Origin: Mycobacteriales bacterium
GTDB lineage: Bacteria; Actinomycetota; Actinomycetes; JAFAQI01
DNA length: 64,000 nucleotides
Reading direction: 5' to 3'
NCBI GenBank assembly: GCA_036268405.1
Contig: DATAUF010000130.1
Coordinates: 5,884 to 69,883, forward strand
The notes below the pieces were generated by a model. That model searched no databases, was not told where the DNA came from, and worked only from the letters and a program-made list of their open reading frames with translations. A program made the translations under genes and the position numbers. Shown piece after piece: positions 10,778 through 20,419 of this stretch. How positions within the stretch are numbered: the stretch's first letter is position 1; every line of letters begins with the position of its first letter.

Positions 10778-12686
10778 GTAACCAGCACTCCACGGGGTGT
10801 CCGCCGCCGAGGTCGACGGCCTGCGGGAAACGCTCGAGGCACACCGGCATCACGTCGGGACACCGTGGGTTGAATCGGCAACCGGCGGGTGGCGCGAGCA
10901 GATCCGGAGGCGAGCCGTCGATGTAGTGCAGCCCGGTCGTCGACAGGCTGATCGTCGAGGCGAGCAGCTCCCGGGTGTACGGGTGCTGCGGTTCCGCGAA
11001 GACCGATGACACAGGGCCCTGCTCGACGATCCGTCCGGCGTACATCACGGCCACCCGGTCGCAGGACTCGGCGACGATCCCGAGGTTGTGTGTGATGAAC
11101 AGCACCGCGGTGTCGAAGTTGCGTTTGATGTCCGCGATGATCTCGAGGATCTGCGCCTCGACGAGTACGTCGAGCGCGGTGGTCGGCTCGTCCGCGATCA
11201 CGAACTTCGGGCCCATGACGAGGGTCAGCGCGATCAAGATCCGCTGTCTCATGCCGCCCGAGAACTCGTACGGGTAGTTGTCGAAGCGGGTGGGCGGAAT
11301 CCCCATGCCCGCGAGTGCGTCGAGTGACCGCCGGCGGACCTCGTCATCCGGCAGCTGCGGCTCGTGGGTGTGCAACGCCTCCGCGAAATGGGCGCTCACC
11401 CGCATCAGTGGGTCCAGACGGGTCATCGGCTCCTGGAAGACCATGCCGAGCGACGGCCCACGCAACCACCGAAGCTCCTCCTGCGGGAGCGTCACGAGGT
11501 TGCGCCCCTCGAACTCGACGACGCCATCGCTGATGGCGCCCGGCGGCAGCAGCCCGAGCAGGCCCCGCGCGAGCGTGGACTTGCCGCAGCCGGACTCGCC
11601 GACGACTCCGAGGGTCTCGCCCTGTCGCACATCGAGCGACACTCCGTCGACGGCCTGCACAGGTCCTCGCTCGCTGCCGTACCAGACGCGCAGGTCACGC
11701 ACCTTGATGACCGGCGTGGCGGGGAGCTCGGCCGGAATCGAGACCTCTGGTCCGCTGTCCGGCATGCGCATGCCGATGAAACGCCGTTGGCGCAGCAGCG
11801 GGTTGATCGAGTCGTTGAGGCTCTCGCCGACCAGTGTCAGACCGGTGACGAGCAGGATGATCGCGAGGCCGGGGAACAGGCCGGTCCACCAGTAGCCGGC
11901 CTGCGCGTCGTCGATGCCTCGCGAGATGTCGTATCCCCACTCCGACGCCGCCGACGGGTCGATGCCGATGCCGAGGAACGACAGGGCAGCCAACGTGAGG
12001 ATCGCGTCCGCCGCGTTGAGCGAGGCCAGCACCGGGACCGACTGCACGACGTTGGTGAAGACGTACCGCCGGATCACGGTGCGGGGCGGCGCGCCGAGGA
12101 CCCGGCCGGCCTCGACGTACGGTTCCTCGCGCACCGAGAGCACGCTGTTGCGCACGACTCGGAAGTACTGCGGGATGTAGACGACGGTGATGGCGATCGC
12201 GGCTGTGGCGACGCCTCCGCCGATCGACCCCTGCAGCAGGAACGCAATGACGATCGCGAGCAGGAGATACGGAAATGCGATCAGTGAGTCGTTGATGAGC
12301 ACGAGGATCCGGTCAAGCCAGCCGCCGAAGTATCCGGAGATCAGACCGAGCGGCACTCCGATCGCGATGCTCAGGACCAGAGCGAGAGCGACGACCTCGA
12401 GTGACGTGCGGGCGCCCCAGATCAACCGCGACAGGACATCGTCGGACTGCACCGTCGTGCCCAGCAAGTGGTGCGGCCACGACGGAGGCGCCTGCTGCGC
12501 GAAGCGGATGCCGTGCGCGGTGTACTGGTTGAACCCATACGGTGCGATCAGCGGCGCGAAGACCGCGAGCACCACGAAGATCGCAGTGATCGACAGGCCG
12601 ACCCAGAGCAGCACACGCGGCAGACCGCGGGCCGCGAACAGCGGTGCGAGCATCCGCCGCAGGCTCCGCATCCGGAAGCTGGCCAT
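10770..12686 (-). CDS. Fused ABC permease (OppC/DppC-like) plus ATP-binding domain
   Basis: N-terminal half has multiple TM helices. C-terminal half has GESGCGKST, FSGGMRQR and CRFNPRCP. Overlaps both neighbouring genes. Confidence 0.88.
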   Translation of the reverse strand: MASFRMRSLRRMLAPLFAARGLPRVLLWVGLSITAIFVVLAVFAPLIAPYGFNQYTAHGIRFAQQAPPSWPHHLLGTTVQSDDVLSRLIWGARTSLEVVALALVLSIAIGVPLGLISGYFGGWLDRILVLINDSLIAFPYLLLAIVIAFLLQGSIGGGVATAAIAITVVYIPQYFRVVRNSVLSVREEPYVEAGRVLGAPPRTVIRRYVFTNVVQSVPVLASLNAADAILTLAALSFLGIGIDPSAASEWGYDISRGIDDAQAGYWWTGLFPGLAIILLVTGLTLVGESLNDSINPLLRQRRFIGMRMPDSGPEVSIPAELPATPVIKVRDLRVWYGSERGPVQAVDGVSLDVRQGETLGVVGESGCGKSTLARGLLGLLPPGAISDGVVEFEGRNLVTLPQEELRWLRGPSLGMVFQEPMTRLDPLMRVSAHFAEALHTHEPQLPDDEVRRRSLDALAGMGIPPTRFDNYPYEFSGGMRQRILIALTLVMGPKFVIADEPTTALDVLVEAQILEIIADIKRNFDTAVLFITHNLGIVAESCDRVAVMYAGRIVEQGPVSSVFAEPQHPYTRELLASTISLSTTGLHYIDGSPPDLLAPPAGCRFNPRCPDVMPVCLERFPQAVDLGGGHPVECWLHV

Positions 12687-13729
12687 CAGTACCTCACCCG
12701 CGGATCGATCCAGGCGTTGATGATGTCGATCAGCAGGCTGATCACCACGACCGCGAGGGTGAACGCCGTGACGATCCCCTGCACCGCTGTGTAGTCGCGC
12801 GCCTCGAGGTAGAACACGAGGCGATTGCCGATGCCGGGCCAGTTGAACGTCTGCTCGGTGAGCACCGCGCCGGACATCAACAGCGCCGCCTGCAGCCCGG
12901 TCACCGTCACGATCGGGACGAGGGCGTTTCGCAGTGCGTGGCGCACCACGACGCCGCGCTCGCTGATGCCCCGGGCTCGGGCGGCCTCGATGTAGTCACC
13001 GCGAAGCGTCTGGATGACGTTGACCCGGACCAGTCGGACCACGACACCGGAGATGGTGAGGCCGAGCACCATGGCGGGCAGCACCAAATGGCTGAGCAGG
13101 TTGGGGATGTCGCCCCACTTCCCGTCGATCATCGCGTCGAGGATCAACAGGTTCGAGTGCGTCTTGATGTCGAGCTGCGTCACGATGCCGGCCTGGCTGG
13201 TCATCGGCAGCCAGCCCAGCACGTGCCCGAACAGCTCCTGCGCGAGCAGACCGAGGAAGAAGACCGGCGCCGCGTAGATCACGATTCCGAACATCCGGGA
13301 TGAGACATCGACCCACGTGTCGCGCATCCGGCCCGCGAGCAGGCCGAGCGGGACGCCGACAACGACCGCGACGAACATCGCCGCCATGGTCAGCTCGAGA
13401 GTTGCCCCGCCGTTCTGCTCGATGATCTGAGTCACGGGCCGGTGATCGGTGATGGTGGTGCCGAAGTTTCCGGAGAACACCTGCTTGAGGTACTCGCCGT
13501 ACTGCACGATCAGCGGCTTGTCGAAGCCCGCTTGGTGTTCCCGCAGCTTCAGCGCCGCCGGCGTCAGGTGCGCTCCGACGGAGGCCTGGATGGGGTTGCC
13601 CGGCGCGACCCGCATCAGGACGAACACGATGGTGAGCAGGATGAACACCATCGGTACCACCAAGAGCAGCCGCGTCACCAGGTAGCGACGTAGCGACGCT
13701 GTTCCTGATGACCCAGGACTAGAGGCCAT
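12686..13729 (-). CDS. ABC transporter permease (OppB/DppB-like)
   Basis: 347-aa polytopic membrane ORF with ATGA overlap to the downstream fused gene. Confidence 0.85.
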   Translation of the reverse strand: MASSPGSSGTASLRRYLVTRLLLVVPMVFILLTIVFVLMRVAPGNPIQASVGAHLTPAALKLREHQAGFDKPLIVQYGEYLKQVFSGNFGTTITDHRPVTQIIEQNGGATLELTMAAMFVAVVVGVPLGLLAGRMRDTWVDVSSRMFGIVIYAAPVFFLGLLAQELFGHVLGWLPMTSQAGIVTQLDIKTHSNLLILDAMIDGKWGDIPNLLSHLVLPAMVLGLTISGVVVRLVRVNVIQTLRGDYIEAARARGISERGVVVRHALRNALVPIVTVTGLQAALLMSGAVLTEQTFNWPGIGNRLVFYLEARDYTAVQGIVTAFTLAVVVISLLIDIINAWIDPRVRY

Positions 13730-13743
13730 CTAGTGACGGAGTC

Positions 13744-15339
13744 TTAGCTCTTGCCCACCAGCCAGAACCGGAAGTCGTACGCCGGGTCGAGCGTCCCCTG
13801 CACGCCCGTGACACCGGAGTGCACAGCCGCCACCTGACCGCCCTGCCAGAGCGGGATCAGCGGGACATCCGTCGCGAGCTGCGTCTGCATCTGCGCGAAG
13901 TCATCGAGCCGCTGCGCGGCATTGGTCGATGCCTCCTCGGCGGCGATCAGGCTGTCCACCTTCGCGTTGCAGTAGTGGTCGTTGAGGAACGCCGTCTTGC
14001 ACGGGAAGAACGGGCCTGTGTAGTCGTCCGCGTCCGGGTAGTCCGGGAACCAGCCGAACAGGAACGCGCCGTAGCTGTCGGAGAGCGCGGCCTTGTCGTA
14101 CGTCGCCCACTCCGCGGTCTGGAGCTTGACGTTGAACAGCCCGCTCGCGTTGAGCTCTCGCATGAGCTCGGTGGCGAGGTCGGCGTCGTTGTAGTGGTTG
14201 ACGTTGTACCAAAGTGTCAGCGGCACCGGCGTGGTCACGCCCGCGGCGGTCAGCGTCTGCTTCGCCTTCGCGACGTCTGGGCTCGCGCCGTACGCCGTCT
14301 TGAGCGCCTCGGTCGCGCCGTTGAGACCCTGCGGCACGATCGAGTACAGCGGCTGCACCGTGCTCCGATAGACCTGCGAGGCGATCGTCGAACGGTCGAC
14401 GACCTGGGCGGCCGCCTGCCGGATCGCGAGTCCATGCGCATCGTTGGTGCCCGGCCCGAGCCTCTCGTTGAAGACCAGGTAGCGGATCTCGATTCCCTTG
14501 CCCTGCTCGAGCGAGATGCCGCTCGAGCCCTGCAAGGCTTGGAGCTGCGTCGGTGACAGGGTCCGGTACGCGATGTCGACCGCGCCGGACTGCGCGTCCG
14601 AGACCAGTGTCGATGCGTCCTGCTCGTACTTCACGATGAACTTTGCGTTCGAGAGGTGGTCGGTGCCGCCGTAATGGGGGTTCGGCGTGAACTCGGCCAG
14701 CTGGTTCGGCGTGTACGTCGACAGCTGGTACGGGCCCGACCCGACGACCTTGTCATCGGCCAGCAGCTTGTCGGCCGGGAAGACGTTCTTGTCGACGATC
14801 GACGCAGCCGCGGTCGTCAACACGTCGGGCCAGGTCGCGTCGGGGGCCTTGAGCGTGAACGTCACGGTGTTGCCCGACGCGGTCACGCTCTTCATCGGCG
14901 CGAAAAGGCTTCCCGGACCGGACGGGTCGTTGATCTTCAGCACGCGGTTGAACGAGTACACGACGTCATCTGCGGTGACGGGGTCACCGTTGGAGAACGC
15001 CTGACCCGCGATCAGCTTGCAGACGTAGGTCGTGTTGCCGTTGAACTGGCAGTTCGCAGCCTGCGGTGCGATGTCGCTCGTGCCCGGCGGCACTCCAAGA
15101 AGCGTTTGGTAGACGTTGTACTGAAGCGTCCACGACGCCAGGTCGTAGGAGCCGGCTGGGTCCGCAGAAACGATCGTGTCCGTCGTACCGAGAACGACGG
15201 TGCCCTTGGCGGCTCCGCCGCCGCCCGTCGATGGTCCAGATCCCCCGCTGCTGCCCGAACCGCAGGCGACGGCGGCGAGCGCAAGCACGACCCCGACGAT
15301 GCCGAGACGGACCTTGGACGACTGCCAACCAACACGCAT
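13744..15339 (-). CDS. ABC transporter substrate-binding lipoprotein, family 5 (peptide/nickel)
   Basis: ATG 15339 with AGGAG 6 nt upstream. Signal peptide and lipobox MRVGWQSSKVRLGIVGVVLALAAVACGS. Size and composition fit an SBP_bac_5 protein. Confidence 0.85.
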   Translation of the reverse strand: MRVGWQSSKVRLGIVGVVLALAAVACGSGSSGGSGPSTGGGGAAKGTVVLGTTDTIVSADPAGSYDLASWTLQYNVYQTLLGVPPGTSDIAPQAANCQFNGNTTYVCKLIAGQAFSNGDPVTADDVVYSFNRVLKINDPSGPGSLFAPMKSVTASGNTVTFTLKAPDATWPDVLTTAAASIVDKNVFPADKLLADDKVVGSGPYQLSTYTPNQLAEFTPNPHYGGTDHLSNAKFIVKYEQDASTLVSDAQSGAVDIAYRTLSPTQLQALQGSSGISLEQGKGIEIRYLVFNERLGPGTNDAHGLAIRQAAAQVVDRSTIASQVYRSTVQPLYSIVPQGLNGATEALKTAYGASPDVAKAKQTLTAAGVTTPVPLTLWYNVNHYNDADLATELMRELNASGLFNVKLQTAEWATYDKAALSDSYGAFLFGWFPDYPDADDYTGPFFPCKTAFLNDHYCNAKVDSLIAAEEASTNAAQRLDDFAQMQTQLATDVPLIPLWQGGQVAAVHSGVTGVQGTLDPAYDFRFWLVGKS

Positions 15340-15366
15340 CAAGCACTCCTGACATCGACGCAACTA

Positions 15367-15409
15367 GCCGCATCAAACCGAACCCCGGGGTGCTGCGCAA
15401 GGATGCGGC
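15367..15409 (-). other. Hairpin in the GNAT-to-ABC-transporter spacer
   Basis: 8-bp inverted repeat GCCGCATC (15367-15374) / GATGCGGC (15402-15409) with a 27-nt loop containing ACCCCGGGGT. It lies between the GNAT stop (15440) and the SBP start (15339). Confidence 0.35.
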
Positions 15410-15439
15410 GAAAGGAGATCGTTTCGTTACCTACGCGAC

Positions 15440-16267
15440 TCAGAACAGAATCGACGCGAAACTTCCCACTTGTTCGAAGCCGACACGCTCGTACGCCCGA
15501 CGCGCCGGAAGGTTGAAGTCGTTCACGTAGAGCGACACCGCAGGGGCGATGTCCCGCAGGCATGCCTCGACGACCGCCGCCATTCCGCTGACGGAGATGC
15601 CACGGCCGCGCAGAGCCGGCTCGACCCACACTCCCTGCAGCTGACACGCGTGCTTGGTGGACGCGCCCACCTCGGCCTTGAAAACGACCCGCTCGCCGTC
15701 GAATCGGGCGAACGCGCGTCCCGCCATGACGAGCTCCCGGACCCGCGCGCGGTAGAGCACGCCCCCATCGCCGGCAACCGGCGATACGCCGACCTCCTCG
15801 GTGAACATCGCGACGCTGGCCGGCAACAGCAGGTCCAGCTCGTCCGGCCGCACTCTGCGGACCGCGGTGTCGATCGACGTCCGTGGCGCGCTCGTGGTCA
15901 GCATCACGGGCTGACACATGCGCAGATCCCGCGCCGGACCCCAGATCGGCTCGAGCCCCTCCCACAGCACGGACACCATGTCCGAGGGCCCCACGATCGA
16001 GGAACAGCGGCGTCCCTGCCGGGTCGCGAACTCCGCGAACGCGCGCAGGGCCGTCTCGTCGGCGCCGACCGGGACCAGGTTGGCACCGGCATAACAAAGT
16101 GCGGACGGACGGCTCCGGGTGCCGTAGCCCCACAGCTGCGCGCCGAGCCGCTCGGGGGCAAGCCCAGCGGCGTCGACCCGGGACGCGACGAAGACGTTCG
16201 CAATCGGGTCGCGATCCAGCAGCTCGAGGACGGCGGGCAGGTCCCGGTCATCAAGGACACGCAGCAT
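15440..16267 (-). CDS. GNAT family N-acetyltransferase (Rv2867c-like position)
   Basis: 275-aa ORF with C-terminal GVWVEPALRGRGIS acetyl-CoA motif, immediately downstream of ispG as in mycobacteria. Confidence 0.75.
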   Translation of the reverse strand: MLRVLDDRDLPAVLELLDRDPIANVFVASRVDAAGLAPERLGAQLWGYGTRSRPSALCYAGANLVPVGADETALRAFAEFATRQGRRCSSIVGPSDMVSVLWEGLEPIWGPARDLRMCQPVMLTTSAPRTSIDTAVRRVRPDELDLLLPASVAMFTEEVGVSPVAGDGGVLYRARVRELVMAGRAFARFDGERVVFKAEVGASTKHACQLQGVWVEPALRGRGISVSGMAAVVEACLRDIAPAVSLYVNDFNLPARRAYERVGFEQVGSFASILF

Positions 16268-16273
16268 CGCTAG

Positions 16274-17437
16274 CTATCCGACGGAGACACTCGGCTCGCC
16301 ACCGGCAACGACAGATCCGTCCGCCTCCATCTGCTCGGCCAACCGCATGGCCTCCTCGATGAGGGTCTCGACGATCTGCGCCTCCGGCACGGTCTTGATG
16401 ACCTCGCCTCTGACGAAGATCTGGCCCTTCCCGTTTCCGGAGGCCACACCCAGGTCCGCCTCGCGCGCCTCTCCCGGGCCATTCACGACACACCCCATGA
16501 CAGCGACCCGCAACGGGACGGTCATGCCTTCCAGCCCCGCCTGCACCTTCTCCGCGAGCGCGTACACGTCGACCTGGGCACGGCCGCACGAAGGACACGA
16601 GACGATCTCGAGGCGGCGCTGTCGCAATCCGAGCGAAGCCAGGATCGCGATCCCGACCTTGACCTCCTCGACCGGCGGCGCCGACAAGGACACCCGGATC
16701 GTGTCGCCGATCCCCTCGGCAAGCAGGGCGCCGAATGCGACGGCCGACTTGATCGTTCCCTGGAAGGTGGGCCCGGCCTCGGTCACGCCAAGGTGCAGCG
16801 GATAGTCGCAACGCTCGGCGAGCAGTCGGTACGCCGAGACCATCACCACCGGGTCGTGGTGCTTGACCGAGATCTTGATGTCGGTGAAGTCGTGCTCCTC
16901 GAACAGCGAGCACTCCCACAGCGCGCTTTCGACCAGCGCCTCGGGCGTCGCGCTGCCGTGCTTTTCCAGGAACCGCTTGTCCAGCGAGCCCGCGTTGACC
17001 CCGATCCGGATCGGGATGCCGGCCGATTTCGCGGCGAGTGCGACGTCGCGCACCCGGCCGTCGAACTCCTTGATGTTCCCGGGGTTGACGCGCACCGCCG
17101 CACAGCCGGCATCGATCGCGGAGAAGATGTAGCGCGGCTGGAAGTGAATGTCGGCGATCACCGGGATCTGCGAGTGCTTGGCGATCTCGGGCAAGGCGTC
17201 GGCGTCGTCCTGGCTCGGCACCGCGACTCGTACGATCTGGCAACCGGCGGCGGTGAGCTCGGCGATCTGCTGGAGGGTTGCGTCGACATCGACGGTCTTG
17301 GTCGTCGTCATCGACTGCACGCTGACCGGCGCGTCGCCGCCGACCGCGACTCCTCCGACGTTGATCTGCCGGCTCGCGCGGCGAGAAGCCAGCGTGCGCG
17401 ACTCCGGACGCTTTCCGATCGCCAGATCCGTCTTGAT
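16274..17437 (-). CDS. ispG: 4-hydroxy-3-methylbut-2-en-1-yl diphosphate synthase (flavodoxin)
   Basis: Strong IspG sequence throughout ([38 protein letters not shown]). The conserved [25 protein letters not shown] lies upstream of the first canonical start (GTG 17320). The 5' end is set at in-frame ATC 17437 (387 aa); CTG 17425 is an alternative. Confidence 0.9.
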   Translation of the reverse strand: MKTDLAIGKRPESRTLASRRASRQINVGGVAVGGDAPVSVQSMTTTKTVDVDATLQQIAELTAAGCQIVRVAVPSQDDADALPEIAKHSQIPVIADIHFQPRYIFSAIDAGCAAVRVNPGNIKEFDGRVRDVALAAKSAGIPIRIGVNAGSLDKRFLEKHGSATPEALVESALWECSLFEEHDFTDIKISVKHHDPVVMVSAYRLLAERCDYPLHLGVTEAGPTFQGTIKSAVAFGALLAEGIGDTIRVSLSAPPVEEVKVGIAILASLGLRQRRLEIVSCPSCGRAQVDVYALAEKVQAGLEGMTVPLRVAVMGCVVNGPGEAREADLGVASGNGKGQIFVRGEVIKTVPEAQIVETLIEEAMRLAEQMEADGSVVAGGEPSVSVG

Positions 17438-17454
17438 GGCTGCCCCTTCCTTTG

Positions 17455-18633
17455 CTACAGGCGGATCGGGTTGGTGATGCCGGCGTAGAGCAGGATCAGC
17501 GACAGGCCCACCAACGCCGCAAACAAGGCATAGGTCAGCGGCAGCACCTTCATGATGTCCACGCGTCCCGGGTCACGCCGTCCGATCGTCCGGTAGAGGC
17601 GGGTCCGACCTTCTTCGAATCCGAGAATCGCGACGTGCCCGCCGTCCATGGGCAGCAACGGCAGCAGGTTGAACAGCCCGAAGAACAGATTCAGCTCGGC
17701 GAGGATCAGCAGCAGCGACGCGATGATGTCGCCGACGGACGCCCCGGAGGACGAGATCTGCCCGCTGACCCGAGCGACGTCGACGATGCTCGCCGCCGAC
17801 GTACCGCCCCGCTGCTCACCCGCGAAGACCTGATGCACCTCGTGCGGCAGCCCGCTGATCGCACTTCCGGTCTCCTTGATGAAGTCGCCCAGCAGGCTGA
17901 AGGTGCGACCGAATGCGCCGCTCACCGAGACATGCGCAGCGTTCGGCTCGGTCTGGAGGCCGATCCGGCCCTCGACCTGGTGGCCCACGGTCAGCGGCAC
18001 CGGCGTCATGACCACCGTTCGAGTGGTCCCGTCGCGCTGGTAGACGATTGTGGCGGGTTGACCGGGATGGTGCCGCAAGGTCTGGACAAAGTTCAGACCC
18101 GACGAGTCGAGCGTCAGACCATCGATCGACAACAGCACGTCGCCCGATCGAAACACGCCGTACGCCGGTGCCGCTGGAGCCCCGGTGCAGGAGCCCGCAC
18201 CCGATGCGGTCAGGCACTTGCTCACGCCGGCGACCTGCAGCCCATTGGTACGGATCGGGTCTTTGCCGGTCGCAGCGAGGATGCCGAAGACCAGCAGGAT
18301 CGCTATCACGAAATGAACGAAGGAGCCGGCACACAGCACGATCGTCCGCCTGCCGGGGGGCTGGCGGTAGAACGCGCGCGCCTCGTCCTCGGGCGCGATC
18401 TCCTCGAGCGAGGTCATCCCGTCGATCTTGACGAAGCCGCCGAACGGCAGCGCCTTCACGCCGTACTCGGTCTCGCCGCGCCGGAACGACCACAACGTGG
18501 GACCGAACCCGACGAAGAACCGCGAGGCCTTCATGCCGAAGGCCTTCGCGGTCGTGAAGTGTCCGGCCTCGTGCAACATCACCGAGAGCAGCAGGCCGAC
18601 CGCGAAGGCGATCACGCCGAGCGTGTAGCTCAC
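17455..18633 (-). CDS. rip1: Site-2 (RseP/Rip1-type) zinc metalloprotease
   Basis: GTG 18633 overlaps the dxr stop (GTGA). HEAGH zinc motif, PDZ-like middle, [12 protein letters not shown]. The upstream 231 codons of the track ORF overlap dxr out of frame. Confidence 0.88.
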   Translation of the reverse strand: MSYTLGVIAFAVGLLLSVMLHEAGHFTTAKAFGMKASRFFVGFGPTLWSFRRGETEYGVKALPFGGFVKIDGMTSLEEIAPEDEARAFYRQPPGRRTIVLCAGSFVHFVIAILLVFGILAATGKDPIRTNGLQVAGVSKCLTASGAGSCTGAPAAPAYGVFRSGDVLLSIDGLTLDSSGLNFVQTLRHHPGQPATIVYQRDGTTRTVVMTPVPLTVGHQVEGRIGLQTEPNAAHVSVSGAFGRTFSLLGDFIKETGSAISGLPHEVHQVFAGEQRGGTSAASIVDVARVSGQISSSGASVGDIIASLLLILAELNLFFGLFNLLPLLPMDGGHVAILGFEEGRTRLYRTIGRRDPGRVDIMKVLPLTYALFAALVGLSLILLYAGITNPIRL

Positions 18634-19832
18634 CGGGCGCCCCCACTGAGCTCGACCGCGCGGGCGCGAGCCCAGCTTTCGGCATGCTCCACGTCTTCCA
18701 GGGTAAGGCCGGATCCTGAAGGCGCGCTGTGCTCGCCCACCACGGTGGCGATGGTGTCGACGATGTCGAGGAAGCCGATACGGCCGGCGACGAATGCAGC
18801 GACCGCCTCCTCGTTGGCGGCGTTGAACACCGCCGGAGTGGTCCCGCCCGCTCGTCCCGCGTCGCGCGCGAGGTCCACCGCCGGGAAGGTCACAGTGTCC
18901 AGCGGCTCGAACGTCCAGGTCGCCGCCGCGGTCCAGTCGATCGGGGTGGCCGCGTCGGGGACGCGCTCGGGCCATGCGAGCGCGAGGGCGATCGGCAATG
19001 CCATGTCGGGGGGGCTTGCCGCGGCCATCGTCGTCCCGTCGACGTACTCGACCATCGAATGCACGATCGACTGCGGATGTACGACGACGTCGATCGCGTC
19101 GAACCCGACATCGAACAACCAGTGCGCCTCGATCAGCTCCAGCCCCTTGTTGACGAGCGTGGCGGAGTTGACGGTGATGACCGGGCCCATGTCCCAGGTC
19201 GGATGCGCGGCAGCCTGCTCGGGAGTGACGGCGGCGAGCTCGGCGCGAGTCCGTCCCCGAAACGGGCCACCGCTCGCGGTGAGCACGAGCTTGCGAACGT
19301 CGGCCGCACTGCCGGCGCGCAGACACTGCGCGAGCGCAGAGTGCTCGGAGTCCACCGGAACGATCTGACCGGGTTTGGCGCGTTCGGCCACCAACGGTCC
19401 ACCGGCGATCAGCGACTCCTTGTTGGCGAGCGCCAGGATGCGGCCGGCATCGAGCGCGGCGAGTGTCGGCTCGAGGCCGACCGATCCGGTGATGCCATTG
19501 AGGACGACGTCGCAGGGCCAGGACGCGACCTCGGCCGCCGCCTGCGGTCCCCCTAACAGCTTCGGCAGCTCGAACTGGCCGCGCTCGAAACCACGCCGCT
19601 GCGCCTCGGCATACAACGCCAGCTGGACATCCTCGAGCGCGGAGGACTTGGCCACCGCAACGACCTGGACTTTCAGCTCGATCGCCTGCGCGGCTATCAG
19701 CTCCGGCCGATCGCCCCGCGCGGCAAGTCCCACGACGCGGAACAGCGCCGGATTTGCCCGGACCAGGTCGACGGCCTGCGTCCCGACCGAACCGGTCGAG
19801 CCGAGGATCACCACGTCGCGCACGAGGTCCAT
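18630..19832 (-). CDS. dxr: 1-deoxy-D-xylulose 5-phosphate reductoisomerase
   Basis: [21 protein letters not shown] motif in a 400-aa ORF, in dxr-rip1-ispG order. Confidence 0.93.
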   Translation of the reverse strand: MDLVRDVVILGSTGSVGTQAVDLVRANPALFRVVGLAARGDRPELIAAQAIELKVQVVAVAKSSALEDVQLALYAEAQRRGFERGQFELPKLLGGPQAAAEVASWPCDVVLNGITGSVGLEPTLAALDAGRILALANKESLIAGGPLVAERAKPGQIVPVDSEHSALAQCLRAGSAADVRKLVLTASGGPFRGRTRAELAAVTPEQAAAHPTWDMGPVITVNSATLVNKGLELIEAHWLFDVGFDAIDVVVHPQSIVHSMVEYVDGTTMAAASPPDMALPIALALAWPERVPDAATPIDWTAAATWTFEPLDTVTFPAVDLARDAGRAGGTTPAVFNAANEEAVAAFVAGRIGFLDIVDTIATVVGEHSAPSGSGLTLEDVEHAESWARARAVELSGGAR

Positions 19833-19856
19833 TGTGCGGGTCTACGCTCGCCGATC

Positions 19857-20419
19857 ATGGCTGAGTCGCCGCTCCCCCAGTCGCGGCTGGTCAACACGGC
19901 GGTTCCGGGGCCCCGCTCGCAGGCCCTGCTCGCTCGCCGCGCTGCTGCACTTCCGGCAGGGGTGGGGCACCGGTGACCTCGTCTCGACGCTGGCGTTCCT
20001 CGACAAGACGGTCGGTGCCGACTCTGTTGCCGCGGTCGTCGTCGAGCCGATCGCCGGCGAGGGCGGCGGCCAAGGGCCTCGGCGGCGGTCTGCCCATCGC
20101 CGGCATCACGGCGCGCGCCGACATCGTCGACCAGGTACATGCCGGTGGGCTCGGCGGCACGTTCGGCGGCAACCCGCTGTCGTGCGCCGCAGCGCTCGCG
20201 GCGATGGAGACGATCGAGCTCGTCGGCCCGGATGGGCACACTCCCGACGCCGAGCTGACGCGCGCCATCGCCTCACGGTGTCACCAGGAAGGAGTGCTCG
20301 TCCTCACCGCCGGCAGCTACGGCAACGTGTTGCGCTTCCTACCGCCGCTCGTCATCTCCGACGACCTGCTGGACGATGCCCTGGGTGTGTTGGAGAAGGC
20401 GATCAGCGCGAGCGCCTAG
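19857..20419 (+). pseudogene. gabT: Decayed 4-aminobutyrate aminotransferase (class III) relic with multiple internal deletions and frameshifts
   Basis: Three GabT-like blocks sit in three different frames. Block 1 is MAESPLPQSRLVNTAVPGPRSQALLARRAAALPAGVG, with a stop at 19974. Block 2 is LAFLDKTVGADSVAAVVVEPIAGEGG. Block 3 is AKGLGGGLPIAGITARADIVDQVHAGGLGGTFGGNP...VLVLTAGSYGNVLRFLPPL. Total length is about 563 nt versus about 1.35 kb for an intact gene. Confidence 0.8.

Noticed and set aside
17614-17622. TTCGAATCC, a tRNA T-loop-like string that suggested a possible tRNA.
   Set aside because: It lies inside the rip1 coding sequence. The flanking sequence cannot be folded into acceptor, D or anticodon arms. 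No other tRNA-like hallmarks were seen anywhere in the window.
19973-20419. 148-aa ORF considered as a functional short aminotransferase.
   Set aside because: Its first roughly 32 codons are out-of-frame read-through of another GabT block. It lacks the whole N-terminal and large PLP-binding domain. Adjacent GabT fragments in other frames show it is a deletion relic.
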